Shown here piece after piece: positions 1-9,461 of a stretch of 64,000 nt of DNA. Source of the stretch: an uncultured Actinomycetes bacterium. GTDB lineage: Bacteria; Actinomycetota; UBA4738; HRBIN12. The translations under genes were made by a program, and so were the position numbers. Location of the stretch: assembly GCA_963727185.1 (NCBI GenBank), contig CAVSFP010000009.1, positions 221,702 to 285,701 of the forward strand, written 5' to 3'. The notes under the pieces were generated by a model. The model made no database searches and was not told where the DNA came from. It was given only the letters and a program-made list of their open reading frames with translations. The first letter of the stretch is position 1. Every line of letters starts with the position of its first letter.

Positions 1-219
1 CAGGTTGCACGAGTCCATCAACGCGATGAGGTCGCCGACGTCCGACGACGTCCAACCGCCGTCCTCGCTCAACCAGCGTCCGAGGTGGTTGTGCACGTCG
101 ACGGCGGGGAACCGCGAGCGTGGGACGTGATGCGCTTCGACCCGGAGGGACGGTCGCGGCCGGAACTCGCGGAGGGGGAGGTCCCGTAGGGCGGGGTCGA
201 TGCCCGCGTTCATGCCCAT
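1..219 (-). CDS. amidohydrolase-family metal-dependent hydrolase, N-terminal part (gene runs off the left edge)
   Basis: Reverse complement of 1-219 is one open frame: MGMNAGIDPALRDLPLREFRPRPSLRVEAHHVPRSRFPAVDVHNHLGRWLSEDGGWTSSDVGDLIALMDSCNL. The VDVHNH context resembles the HxH metal motif of TIM-barrel amidohydrolases. It is absent from the ORF track because no stop lies inside the window. Confidence 0.45.
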   Translation of the reverse strand, partial: MGMNAGIDPALRDLPLREFRPRPSLRVEAHHVPRSRFPAVDVHNHLGRWLSEDGGWTSSDVGDLIALMDSCNL

Positions 220-313
220 CTCCGATCCCGGAGCGCGTTTCGGTGACAATGATGCTCGGAACTGTCCTAGAGTACGCTCGAATGAGCGAACTCGCGCATC
301 GAACACGCTGGGT

Positions 314-1246
314 GTGGGAACGTTGGCAGAAGCGACGCTGAAGCCGGCGCGGTCGCCGTGGTGGAAGCGGTTCATCCGCTCCGAACACCTCGCCGGTTGG
401 AGCCTCGCAGGCCCGGCCGTCTTCCTCATCGGCCTGTTCGCGATCTTCCCGATCTTCTGGTCGTTGGTGTTGTCGTTCCAGGAGAACAACCTGCTCTCCG
501 GGCACCCGACGTGGATCGGCTGGGCCAACTACCAGAAGCTGGCGCAGGATCCGGTCTTCACCGGCGCGATCCGACACACCCTGATCTACACCTCGCTCTT
601 CGTGCCGCTCTCGATGATGGGTGGGCTGCTCGTCGCCGTGGCCTTGAACCGGAAGATCGGGATGCGCGCCTTCTACCGCACGGCGGTCTTCGTGACTTTG
701 GCCATCTCCACGATCTCGACGGCCATCATGTTCCTGTGGCTGACGGACCCGACGTTCGGCCTCATCAACGACGTCCTGCACTGGTTCGGTATCGGACCGC
801 AGCAGTTCTTGTCCAGCACGAAGGAAGCGCTCTTCGTCATCGTGGCGATGGACGTGTGGGGCTGGCTCGGGTTCACCGTGATCATCTATCTCGCCGCGCT
901 CCAAGGTGTCCCCGCCGAGCTGCACGAGGCGGCGGCGATCGACGGCGCGAGCCCGTGGACCACGTTCTGGAGCGTCACGTTCCCGCTCCTCGGACCGGCG
1001 ACGCTCTTCCTCGCCATCTGGCTCTCGATCAACGCGCTCCAGCTCTTCGCCGAGGTCTACCTGACGACCAGAGGTGGGCCGCTGTTCGCGACCACGGTCA
1101 TCGTCTACTACCTGTTCCACAAGACGTTCGAGCAGTTCGACGCCGGACTCGGTGCGGCGGCGGCATGGGTGCTCTTCCTCGGGATCCTCGTCTTCTCGCT
1201 CATCGAGCTGTGGATCGGGAAGCGGAAGGTGCACTACAACTCATGA
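314..1246 (+). CDS. carbohydrate ABC transporter permease (CUT1, MalF/UgpA-like)
   Basis: ORF 200..1246 has multiple TM segments and the EAA-type loop (AAAIDGASPWTTFWSVTFPLL). The start is uncertain; GTG 314 or TTG 323 lie just before the first TM helix. The stop overlaps the next start (ATGA). Confidence 0.85.
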   Translation: MGTLAEATLKPARSPWWKRFIRSEHLAGWSLAGPAVFLIGLFAIFPIFWSLVLSFQENNLLSGHPTWIGWANYQKLAQDPVFTGAIRHTLIYTSLFVPLSMMGGLLVAVALNRKIGMRAFYRTAVFVTLAISTISTAIMFLWLTDPTFGLINDVLHWFGIGPQQFLSSTKEALFVIVAMDVWGWLGFTVIIYLAALQGVPAELHEAAAIDGASPWTTFWSVTFPLLGPATLFLAIWLSINALQLFAEVYLTTRGGPLFATTVIVYYLFHKTFEQFDAGLGAAAAWVLFLGILVFSLIELWIGKRKVHYNS

Positions 1247-2145
1247 GCGAGCAGGTCATCCTGCGGCCGACGGAGCCGTTCCGGACGGAACCGCCGCCAC
1301 CGAAACGGCGATGGCTGCCGTTCAACCGATGGCACCTCCTGCTGTTCCCGCTGTTGATCGTGATGCTCTTCCCGCTGGTGTGGATGGTGGTCACTTCGAT
1401 CGAGCTCCCGCGCGAGGCGCACCATTTCCCGCCGGTCCTGATCCCGCAGGGGATCCACTGGCAGAACTACCCGAACGCTCTGGACGCAGCGCCCTTCGGC
1501 CGCTTCTTCCTCAACTCCACGATCGTCGCCGTCACCGTCGTGGCGGGGAACCTGGTCTTCTGCAGCCTCGCGGGGTACGCGTTCGCACGGATCAACTTCG
1601 CGGGGAAGAACCTCGTCTTCATCCTGCTACTCGCGACTTTGATGGTGCCGTTCCAGGTCACGATGATCCCGGCGTTCCTGATCGTGAAGTGGCTCGGGTT
1701 GCACGTGAGCCCGTTGATCGGGATCGACAGCCTCGGGGCGCTCATCGTGCCGAGCCTGGTCCAGGTCTTCGGGATCTTCATGCTCCGGCAGTTCTTCCGG
1801 ACGCTTCCCATCGAACTTGAGGAGGCGGCCCGCATCGACGGCGCCTCGCGGCTCGGCGTCCTGTTCAAGATCATCTTGCCGCTGTCACTCCCGGCGCTGT
1901 CCACACTCGCCGCGCTGATGTTCCTGTTCTCGTGGAACGACTTCCTGTGGCCGCTCATCGTGATCCAGACGCAAGCGCATCAAACGGTCCAACTCGGCCT
2001 CGCGTACTTCCAAGGCGCGCACGTCACGCAGTGGACGCTCCTCATGGCCGGGAACGTCATGAGCTTGATCCCGATGCTCATCGTGTTCTTCCTCGCGCAG
2101 CGGTACTTCGTCCGTTCCGTGGCCACGTCGGGGCTGAAGGGATAG
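1243..2145 (+). CDS. carbohydrate ABC transporter permease (MalG/UgpE-like)
   Basis: In-frame ATG at 1243 inside ORF 358..2145 gives MSEQVILRP... The EAA loop is EEAARIDGASRLGVLFKIILPLSLPAL, with six predicted TM helices. It has a 4-nt overlap with the upstream permease. Confidence 0.9.
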   Translation: MSEQVILRPTEPFRTEPPPPKRRWLPFNRWHLLLFPLLIVMLFPLVWMVVTSIELPREAHHFPPVLIPQGIHWQNYPNALDAAPFGRFFLNSTIVAVTVVAGNLVFCSLAGYAFARINFAGKNLVFILLLATLMVPFQVTMIPAFLIVKWLGLHVSPLIGIDSLGALIVPSLVQVFGIFMLRQFFRTLPIELEEAARIDGASRLGVLFKIILPLSLPALSTLAALMFLFSWNDFLWPLIVIQTQAHQTVQLGLAYFQGAHVTQWTLLMAGNVMSLIPMLIVFFLAQRYFVRSVATSGLKG

Positions 2146-2148
2146 GCG

Positions 2149-3264
2149 ATGGCGGAGGTCGCGATCATGGACGTGACGAAGGAGTTCCCCGGCGGGGCGG
2201 TGGCCGTCAACCATCTGTCCATCACCGCCGAGGACGGCGAGTTCCTGATCCTCGTCGGACCGTCCGGATGCGGGAAGACCACGGCGCTTCGGATGGTCGC
2301 CGGTCTCGACGAGCCGACGTCGGGCGCCATCGCGATCGGCGATCGGTACGTGACCGGCCTCTCGCCGAAAGACCGCGACATCGCGATGGTGTTCCAGAAC
2401 TACGCGCTCTACCCCCACATGACGGTCTACAAGAACCTCGCCTTCGGGTTGAAACAGCGCAACGCATCGAAGGAAGAGATCGGACGCCGGGTGAAGGAGG
2501 TCTCCGCGATGCTCGGGATCGAGGAGTTGCTCGGACGCAAGCCCGCCCAGCTCTCCGGCGGGCAGCGCCAGCGGGTGGCCATGGGGCGGGCGCTCGTCCG
2601 CGAGCCGAGGGCGTTCCTGCTCGACGAGCCGCTCTCGAACCTGGACGCGAAGCTCCGCGTCCAGGTCCGTGCGGAGCTGAAGCGGCTCCACCGGCGCCTG
2701 GGTATCACCACGATCTACGTGACGCACGACCAGGTGGAGGCCATGACGCTCGGCGATCGGATCGTGGTGATGTCGGGCGGCGAGCTCCAGCAGGTGGGGA
2801 CGCCGCAAGACGTCTACGATCGGCCGGCGAACATCTTCGTGGCCGGGTTCATCGGGAGCCCGCCGATGAACCTCCTGCGTGGTACCGCAGTGGGTGGGCG
2901 GATCACGGCCGGAGATCTCACGTTCGAGCTGGGTGGTGTGCCCGAAGGCGAGGTGTCGCTCGGCATCCGACCGGAGCACCTCGCTCCCGCGGTCGACGGG
3001 CTTCCGACGTTCGACCTCCAGGTGGACGTGGTCGAGCCGCTCGGCGACGAGGTCATCGTCTATGGGTCCGTCGCCGGCCAGGTCGCCTCGGCCGAGATGT
3101 CCGTCGGGGAGGAGATCCTGCCCCCACTGCCGGGGTCGCGCGCGGAGATCACGGCCAGGCTGGGGCCGCATGAGCGTCCGGAGATCGGCGAGCCGCTCGC
3201 CCTCGGCGTCCACCCGGAAACGGTGCATGTCTTCGACGCACGCACCGGCGTCGCGATCCGCTAA
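2149..3264 (+). CDS. sugar ABC transporter ATP-binding protein (MalK/MsiK/UgpC family)
   Basis: Walker A GPSGCGKTT, signature LSGGQRQRVAMGRAL and Walker B FLLDEPLSNLD are present, with a C-terminal TOBE-like regulatory domain. Confidence 0.92.
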   Translation: MAEVAIMDVTKEFPGGAVAVNHLSITAEDGEFLILVGPSGCGKTTALRMVAGLDEPTSGAIAIGDRYVTGLSPKDRDIAMVFQNYALYPHMTVYKNLAFGLKQRNASKEEIGRRVKEVSAMLGIEELLGRKPAQLSGGQRQRVAMGRALVREPRAFLLDEPLSNLDAKLRVQVRAELKRLHRRLGITTIYVTHDQVEAMTLGDRIVVMSGGELQQVGTPQDVYDRPANIFVAGFIGSPPMNLLRGTAVGGRITAGDLTFELGGVPEGEVSLGIRPEHLAPAVDGLPTFDLQVDVVEPLGDEVIVYGSVAGQVASAEMSVGEEILPPLPGSRAEITARLGPHERPEIGEPLALGVHPETVHVFDARTGVAIR

Positions 3265-4772
3265 CGGACCGTTCGATCCTTCCCGGAGAGCTCGACGAGT
3301 TCGTGCATCGGATCGCGCAGCGCTCCATACAGCGACCGGTAGACCGCGTACCCGTCCTCATAGCGCGCGACGCGCTCCGGAGCGGGCTCCGTCACGGGCT
3401 CGCGCGTCTGGACGACCGTCGCGGCTTCGTCCACGTCGGCGAACGTGCCCGCCGCGACGTGTCCCAGCAACGCGGCACCGTATGCCGCCCCTTCGGGGAT
3501 CGCGAGCTGCTGAACGGGCGCACCGAGGATGTCGGCCTGGAGCTGCAACCACAGTTCGGATGTGGACCCGCCGCCGATCGCGCGGATCTGCGTCGGATCG
3601 ACATCGAGTCCTCGCATGATCTCAAGGCCGTCGCGCAGGCTGTACAGCACGCCCTCCATCAGCGCGCGGGTCATGTGCCCGCGTGTATGCCGCGCGGTCA
3701 GGCCGATGAAGCCGCCCGTCGCCCGCGGGTCGAGGTGCGGGGTGCGTTCACCCGTCAGGTACGGCAGGAAGAGGAGTCCCTCGCTTCCGGGTCCGACGGC
3801 TGCGGCTTCGGCGACGAGCTTGCCGTACGTGAGGCCGGTGACGTCGCGCCACCATCGGAGCGAGCCGCCCGCCGAGAGCGTGACCGCGAGCGTGCAGTAT
3901 CGGCCTGGCACGGCGTGAGCGAACGCATGGATCCGTCCCGACGGGTCGATCGTGCAGTCATCTGCGTGCGCGAACAGGACGCCGCTCGTTCCGATCGAGC
4001 TCGACATGAGCCCGTCGTGCGTGATCGCGGTCCCGATCGCGGCGGCGGCGTTGTCCCCGCCACCCGCGGCGATCGGCACACCCGTCGGCAGCCCGACCTC
4101 GTCGGCCACGGCGTCCGTCACCGACCCCGTCGGCCGGGTGCTCTCGACGACCGGAGGCAGCCACTCCGCCGGCACGTCGAGCGCCGTCAGCACTTCGGAG
4201 GACCACGTGCGCGAACGTAGATCGAGGAAGAGCGTGCCGGACGCGTCCGACGCATCGGTGGCCAGCTCGCGTGACAGCCGATAGCGGATGTAGTCCTTGG
4301 GGAGCAGCACGTGCGCGACCCGCTCGTGGTTCGCCGGTTCCTCATCCCGCAGCCAGAGCACCTTGGGCGCCTGGAATCCGGTGAGCGCGGGATTCCCGGT
4401 GATCTCGACGAGCCGCCGCGCACCGATCCGTTCGTTGATCTGGTCGCATTGGCGTTCGGTGCGTTGATCGTTCCACAGCAACGCTGGACGGATCACATCG
4501 AAGTCCCGGTCCAGGAAGACCGATCCGTGCATCTGGCCGGAGAGACCGATACCCACCACCTCAACGGAGGCTGTGCGGCATGATGAGGCGACGTGGCTGA
4601 GCGCTTCGGAGGTGGAACGCCACCACGTCGCCGGGTCCTGTTCGGTCCATCGCGGCCGTGGGGTGAGCAGCGGGTGTTCGGCACTCCACGCGTCGACGAC
4701 GCCGCCCCGCTCGTCGACGGCGATCGCTCGGGAGCCGGTGGTCCCGACATCGAGCCCGATCGCAACCTTCAC
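3261..4772 (-). CDS. xylB: FGGY-family carbohydrate kinase, xylulokinase-like
   Basis: 503 aa. The N-terminus MKVAIGLDVGTTGSRAIAVDERG and the motifs GLSGQMHGSV and GGGDNAAAAIG are typical of XylB/FGGY kinases. It is convergent with the ATPase, overlapping by 4 nt. Confidence 0.8.
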   Translation of the reverse strand: MKVAIGLDVGTTGSRAIAVDERGGVVDAWSAEHPLLTPRPRWTEQDPATWWRSTSEALSHVASSCRTASVEVVGIGLSGQMHGSVFLDRDFDVIRPALLWNDQRTERQCDQINERIGARRLVEITGNPALTGFQAPKVLWLRDEEPANHERVAHVLLPKDYIRYRLSRELATDASDASGTLFLDLRSRTWSSEVLTALDVPAEWLPPVVESTRPTGSVTDAVADEVGLPTGVPIAAGGGDNAAAAIGTAITHDGLMSSSIGTSGVLFAHADDCTIDPSGRIHAFAHAVPGRYCTLAVTLSAGGSLRWWRDVTGLTYGKLVAEAAAVGPGSEGLLFLPYLTGERTPHLDPRATGGFIGLTARHTRGHMTRALMEGVLYSLRDGLEIMRGLDVDPTQIRAIGGGSTSELWLQLQADILGAPVQQLAIPEGAAYGAALLGHVAAGTFADVDEAATVVQTREPVTEPAPERVARYEDGYAVYRSLYGALRDPMHELVELSGKDRTVR

Positions 4773-4785
4773 GACGCCGGGCAGG

Positions 4786-5982
4786 TCAACGCCGTTCGAT
4801 CATGGGGGCGTCGGTGTTGATGTCCGGACCGAAGAACTTGATCACGAGCAGGTCCTCTCGCCCGGTGTTCCGGACCTCGACGCCGCGGACCGCTCGGTCG
4901 TGCGTGACCAACAACTCGTCTCGGGTGGGATCACCACCCTGGACCTCGGCGCCACCGTAGCTCCCGCTGCCCGACCAGATGAGGATGTTGTGCACCCCGC
5001 TGTCTCGTGTCACGTAGGAACAGCCGGGATGCACGACCAGCTTCTTCCCGCTGAACTTGATCGAGTTGTAGTAGATCCAGTACTCCTCGCCGCCTTCGGT
5101 TCGCGACCCGTCGATGAGCCGGGGTGAGAGATGGTGGTTCTCGTAGAAGTACGGGTCGCCGTTCTCCTCCCAATCGATCAGCTCGAGGATGAATCGCTCA
5201 CCCATGCGTTCTCGATCCTCCGGGCGCACGTCCTTCCATAAGAGATCCTTCGAGATCTCCCTCCCGTCGACCACCGCTTGGAGCATCGCGTAGACGTCCG
5301 AGTCTTCCTGCAGTTCGATCGTGAGCGCGCTCCCCGGTGCATGCAGCACACCGGATGGGACGTGGAATCCCTCGTCGACCACTTGGAGGTACGCGACCGA
5401 GTGGCGAAGGATGAGATCGCCCTGCCACTCCACGAGATAGGGGAGCAGGACGTCGTACTCGTGGTTCTCCACGATCGACGGATGGACACCCAGGAACGTC
5501 TCGGGGTGCGGGCCCATGTCCCGGCCCGGCGGGAAGTAGTACGCCTCATCCTTGGATCGCCGTCCCACGAGCGCCGCGTGTTCTTGACGCTGGTGCAGGT
5601 GATAGGGGAGACGGCCTCGGTAATCGAAGATCTTCGCCAGGCGTCCCAGTCCCGAGTGCGTTGCGGCGTAGTCGACCCCCATGATGCCTTCGGGAGCGAA
5701 GTCCACCGCATCCTTCAACAGGATCCGCTCGCTTCCTCCCACGGAGACGTAGCTCAGACCCTCGTCCGGCGGCCCGATCCGATTGTCGGCTCTCGTCGTG
5801 GATCCCAGCCAGCGTTCGCACAATTCACCGCGATCGCCGAGATCGTAGGCGCCTTCAGCGAGTCCCAGGCGTCGCCCCGCGGGCAGGAAATCGCGGGCGA
5901 CCCAGGCCGGCTCCAATCGCACGATACCGTCGCCATCGGAAAGCGCTTGCTCGAAGTGATCACGCCTCGCGTCGACGACCAT
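4786..5982 (-). CDS. cupin-fold protein resembling type I phosphomannose-isomerase-like sugar isomerases (function unknown)
   Basis: 398 aa. LAKIFDYRGRLPYHLHQRQEH resembles the PMI K-x-L-x..L-S-x-Q-x-H-P region. A second cupin-like half contains HVPSGVLHAPGS. It lies 14 nt upstream of xylB on the same strand. Confidence 0.45.
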   Translation of the reverse strand: MVVDARRDHFEQALSDGDGIVRLEPAWVARDFLPAGRRLGLAEGAYDLGDRGELCERWLGSTTRADNRIGPPDEGLSYVSVGGSERILLKDAVDFAPEGIMGVDYAATHSGLGRLAKIFDYRGRLPYHLHQRQEHAALVGRRSKDEAYYFPPGRDMGPHPETFLGVHPSIVENHEYDVLLPYLVEWQGDLILRHSVAYLQVVDEGFHVPSGVLHAPGSALTIELQEDSDVYAMLQAVVDGREISKDLLWKDVRPEDRERMGERFILELIDWEENGDPYFYENHHLSPRLIDGSRTEGGEEYWIYYNSIKFSGKKLVVHPGCSYVTRDSGVHNILIWSGSGSYGGAEVQGGDPTRDELLVTHDRAVRGVEVRNTGREDLLVIKFFGPDINTDAPMIERR

Positions 5983-6078
5983 CCGTCCCCCATATGTGAG
6001 CCCGGCCGCATCGAGTTTAGTCGCGGCCGGGGAGCGTCAGGGGATGCCTGCCCGACCGCCAACGTCTATGGTCGCACG

Positions 6079-6879
6079 GTGTTCTTCCGCCTCGACAGTT
6101 GGGCGCTCGGGCTCATCCTGCTCGCCGTGGTGCTCGGAGCGACCGCGCTGGGCGTGGTCCTCGGTCGATCGCTCAGACACCTCAAGGAAGATCTCCGCGA
6201 GCCGTTCGGCGTCTTGCAGGCCGCCTTGCTCGGTGTCGTCGGGCTCATCCTGGCCTTCGGACTCGCGTTGGCCGTCGGACGCTACGAGGCTCGTCGTGCG
6301 GCGGTCGTGGACGAGGCGAACGCGATCGGCACCACGTATCTGCGCGCGCAGACCCTGGCCGAACCCGTCCGCAGTCGCTCCCTGGCGCTCCTGACGGACT
6401 ACACGGACACGAGGATCAGCCTTTCGCACTCCGTGCCCGGCAGCCCCCAGGCTCGTCAGGTCATCGCCCAAGGCGAGCAGTTCCTCCGCGAACTGTGGAC
6501 GCTCGGCGGCCAGGCGCTCGATACCGCTCCGATCGACAGCGCGCCACGGCTCTACATCGAGAGTCTGAACGAGACGATCGACATGGACACCGTTCGCATA
6601 TCGACGCTGAGCAACCGGGTTCCCGGGGCGGTCCTCGCGCTGGAAGTGCTCGGCGCCGCGTTCGCATTGGGCTTGCTCGGCGTCTACCTATCGATCCTGG
6701 GCGGCCGCGGCGTCGCGGCGGTCCTCCTTGGCGCGATCCTCGTCACCCTGCTGCTCCTGGTCACCTTCGACCTGGACCGTCCGACACGCGGCCTCATCCG
6801 CGTCCCCGACACCCCGCTCGTGGCCCTCCGCGTCTCCATGGAGCTGCCGCCGGCAGCGGCCGCCCCCACCATCCCTTGA
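6079..6879 (+). CDS. DUF4239-like integral membrane protein
   Basis: Only the C-terminal 266 codons of ORF 5278..6879 look like a protein. From GTG 6079 it reads VFFRLDSWALGLILLAVVLGATALGVVLG..., has a central soluble segment, and ends with two more TM helices. The part before 6079 is the antisense shadow of 4786..5982. Confidence 0.6.
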   Translation: MFFRLDSWALGLILLAVVLGATALGVVLGRSLRHLKEDLREPFGVLQAALLGVVGLILAFGLALAVGRYEARRAAVVDEANAIGTTYLRAQTLAEPVRSRSLALLTDYTDTRISLSHSVPGSPQARQVIAQGEQFLRELWTLGGQALDTAPIDSAPRLYIESLNETIDMDTVRISTLSNRVPGAVLALEVLGAAFALGLLGVYLSILGGRGVAAVLLGAILVTLLLLVTFDLDRPTRGLIRVPDTPLVALRVSMELPPAAAAPTIP

Positions 6880-7272
6880 CCGCCGGCGGTCGCACGGGTC
6901 TGCCGATCCGGCACCGTCCTGCACCTACTCGAGAACGGGCATCTTCGCCTCGCACCATCATCAATCAGATCCCGCGCGCCGAAACCTCTACTGGAAGGTG
7001 GTGGCCAGATGCAGCAGCTCCGCGCCGCACCAGCTGGCCGATAGACACGCCTCCTTCTCCGTCCGTTGCGCTTCCGCGACTCCGGTGTGACCCTGGGTAC
7101 CAACCGAGGTGCGCGCGGGCGAGCTGAAGATGCGACACCCTCTGCGCAGCTCACCTTGCTCAAGGCGAGGCAGAGGGGTGGGCACCAGCGAAGCGCCCCT
7201 AGTCCAGCGTCATCTCGAAAGAGGGCGTAGGCTGAGCGCTCCTGTATCGGATGGTTCGAGGGAGGGACGTTC

Positions 7273-8421
7273 ATGATCGGTTCTCGTTTGATCCGCACCG
7301 CCCTGGTGGCGGCGGTAGCGGTCGGCACGATCGCGGCGGTGGCCCCAAGCGCTGGCGCCGCGACCCAGACGTACACGGTGAAGGTCGACGGACAGCCACC
7401 GACGGGGGAGCCGTGGGCGTTCCTCCGTTTCTTCCCCGGGTCCTCCATCAGCGTTCATCAAGGCGATGTGGTGGACTTCGCGTTCTCCGCGACGGACACG
7501 CCGCACACCGTCACGCTGACCGGTGACGCCGATCCGGCCGCGTGGCGCGGCACGAATCAGGCTCCGGGCGGAGCCTACGAGGTCTTCGGTCCCGATTCCA
7601 CGTTCGGGGGCGACGATCAAAGCCTGGTGCTGAACCCGAAGGTCGGTGCGCCGTCCGATCCCGCGTGCGGGACCTCGGCCAACCCGTGCGCGTTCGATTC
7701 GACGAAGGTCGTGAACAGCGGGATCCAGTTCCCGAACAACCCGCAGCCAGCATTCTTCGTCGCCGTGACCGCGCCGGTGGGTAGCTACTCCTTCCTCTGC
7801 CTGCTGCACCCCGGCATGGAGGTCAAGCTGAACGTGGCGGCCGCTGCCACGACGATCCCCACGCCTCAGCAGGTGTCGAACGCGGGGGCCCAGCAGCTGA
7901 AGCAGGCGACCAAGATCGACGGAAGTGCCGCCGATCAGATGGCGCAGACGGTGACCAAGGGCAACCCATCCTCCGGTCCGCTCGTCAAGATCAACGCGGG
8001 CGGATTCTCGAACAACGTCAGCGCGAACGAGTACCCGGACAAGGCCGTCAAGGTCCACGTCGGCGACCGCGTTCGCTTCATCGGGATGCCCGAGATCCAC
8101 ACCGCGACCTTCCCGAAGTCCGCGGTCGGTGATCCGAAGTACGCGTTCCTCCAGACGTTCTGCGAACAGACGGGCGCGGACGTGCCCGCTCAGTCCCCCG
8201 CTGATTGTTCCGACCCGACGAAGTTCGAGACCGTCGTGAATCCGCTCGCGGCGGGGCCGACCAAGAACCTGAAGTTGGGGGACCCATCCGCGTTCAGGAA
8301 CTCCGGACTCCTGACACCGGGTACGAACGGGACGTTCCTCGCGAAGAAGCCGGGAACCTACACGTTCGTCTGTCTGGTCCACGGGCCGGAGATGAGCAGC
8401 ACGATCAAGATCGTCGCGTGA
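7273..8421 (+). CDS. secreted two-domain cupredoxin (blue-copper) protein
   Basis: Signal peptide MIGSRLIRTALVAAVAVGTIAAVAPSAGAA. Two C-terminal copper loops are present, FLCLLHPGMEV (C-x2-H-x2-M) and FVCLVHGPEM (C-x2-H-x3-M), each preceded by a candidate upstream His ligand (DTPHTVT, EIHTATF). Confidence 0.75.
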   Translation: MIGSRLIRTALVAAVAVGTIAAVAPSAGAATQTYTVKVDGQPPTGEPWAFLRFFPGSSISVHQGDVVDFAFSATDTPHTVTLTGDADPAAWRGTNQAPGGAYEVFGPDSTFGGDDQSLVLNPKVGAPSDPACGTSANPCAFDSTKVVNSGIQFPNNPQPAFFVAVTAPVGSYSFLCLLHPGMEVKLNVAAAATTIPTPQQVSNAGAQQLKQATKIDGSAADQMAQTVTKGNPSSGPLVKINAGGFSNNVSANEYPDKAVKVHVGDRVRFIGMPEIHTATFPKSAVGDPKYAFLQTFCEQTGADVPAQSPADCSDPTKFETVVNPLAAGPTKNLKLGDPSAFRNSGLLTPGTNGTFLAKKPGTYTFVCLVHGPEMSSTIKIVA

Positions 8422-8429
8422 TCTGACGA

Positions 8430-8461
8430 GGCACCTCGGGAGCTCCGGCTCCCGAGGTGCC
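8430..8461. terminator. perfect 14-bp stem hairpin between convergent genes (bidirectional terminator candidate)
   Basis: GGCACCTCGGGAGC-tccg-GCTCCCGAGGTGCC lies between the cupredoxin stop (8421) and the stop of the minus-strand small gene (8508). There is no U tract, which is not unusual in high-GC genomes. Confidence 0.6.
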
Positions 8462-8507
8462 CGACGTCGACGTCAGCCGAGGACCGCCCCCGTGGCCGGA
8501 GCCGGTG

Positions 8508-8690
8508 TTACTGGTACGAGCCGCGCGCGGACGAGCCGGCCAGCAGGAGCGACACGATCACCCCGAGAGGGAGCGCGCCCCAGTACGACAGTCCGAGCCC
8601 CACGTTGCCCAGGAAGAGCATCAACAACCAGGTCGCCGGGAACGTCGCGATCAGGAAGATCCCGAACGCGACCAACAGCGCTTTGAACAT
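8508..8690 (-). CDS. small two-TM membrane protein (60 aa)
   Basis: Internal ATG of ORF 8508..8747 gives MFKALLVAFGIFLIATFPATWLLMLFLGNVGLGLSYWGALPLGVIVSLLLAGS... It is preceded by AAGGAGG 5-6 nt upstream. Confidence 0.6.
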   Translation of the reverse strand: MFKALLVAFGIFLIATFPATWLLMLFLGNVGLGLSYWGALPLGVIVSLLLAGSSARGSYQ

Positions 8691-8757
8691 CGTGCCTCCT
8701 TCATAGGTGGAAAGGGCAGGATGCGATGGCGGGGCGAGCCGACGCAAGTCGGGTGGG

Positions 8758-9459
8758 TCACGCCGGGAGGTTGCGGGTGATCCGGACCCAGAGGAACTCG
8801 TCGACGATCTTCACCGGCGAGCTCGCGGGCCGGTCGAGCTCGGCAGGAAGCTCGGACGGTTCGACCGCCAGGCGTTCGGCGAATCCGACCAGCGCTCCGC
8901 GAACCGCCGCGAGGAACGTCGCGTACTCCGCAGCCTCCACGTGGCCCCAGCCGAACGCGCGTCGCATCGGCTCGTCCCACGGCGGGACCGCCAGAGGCCG
9001 GATCGCGAACAGCGCCTTCGCCGCCGCGGTGTCTCCGAACGAGACCGAGACGTCCCCGCCGCGACTCGCGCGGAACGCGGCCGGCGAGCGTGCGAGCGCG
9101 GCGTACGCCCGCCCCAACGCCGCGAGCTGGGCGTCATCCAGGTCCGTCAGCGGAGCCGTCTCCGACGGGAGCTTCGGTCCGAACCGGGACCACCACGACG
9201 CCAACGCCCGTGACGAACGCCCGGTGTCGTCACGGCGGAGATGGCGACATCCCCAGGCGCGGAGGAAGCGCAGCAGCGCCTCTCGGTGCGCGCGGACCGA
9301 GAGGTCGATCGCCGGACGGGTCGCGTCCCGCAGGACGGCGAGGCTCGTCTCGGGTCCGGCGATCGCCGCGAACGCGCGCAACGCCGCGGCTACCTGATCG
9401 CGCGTGAGCGTCGATCCCAGATCGTCGAGCAACGCCCACCCCGAGACCGGTCTCGCCAT
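8758..9459 (-). CDS. hypothetical protein (233 aa), no recognisable family
   Basis: This is the C-terminal part of ORF 8758..10662, starting at ATG 9459 (MARPVSGWALLDDLGS...). High GC3 and a continuous frame support coding. I recognise no motif. Confidence 0.5.
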   Translation of the reverse strand: MARPVSGWALLDDLGSTLTRDQVAAALRAFAAIAGPETSLAVLRDATRPAIDLSVRAHREALLRFLRAWGCRHLRRDDTGRSSRALASWWSRFGPKLPSETAPLTDLDDAQLAALGRAYAALARSPAAFRASRGGDVSVSFGDTAAAKALFAIRPLAVPPWDEPMRRAFGWGHVEAAEYATFLAAVRGALVGFAERLAVEPSELPAELDRPASSPVKIVDEFLWVRITRNLPA

Positions 9460-9461
9460 GC

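Noticed and set aside
5278-6879. A 533-aa plus-strand ORF.
   Set aside because: The first ~267 codons are antisense to the PMI-like cupin gene and translate to nonsense. Only the part from GTG 6079 looks like a (membrane) protein.
6880-7272. A 390-bp gap upstream of the cupredoxin gene, with a 65-aa minus-strand ORF (6988..7185).
   Set aside because: The ORF has no RBS, motif or sensible composition, and no structural or repeat signal was detectable by eye.
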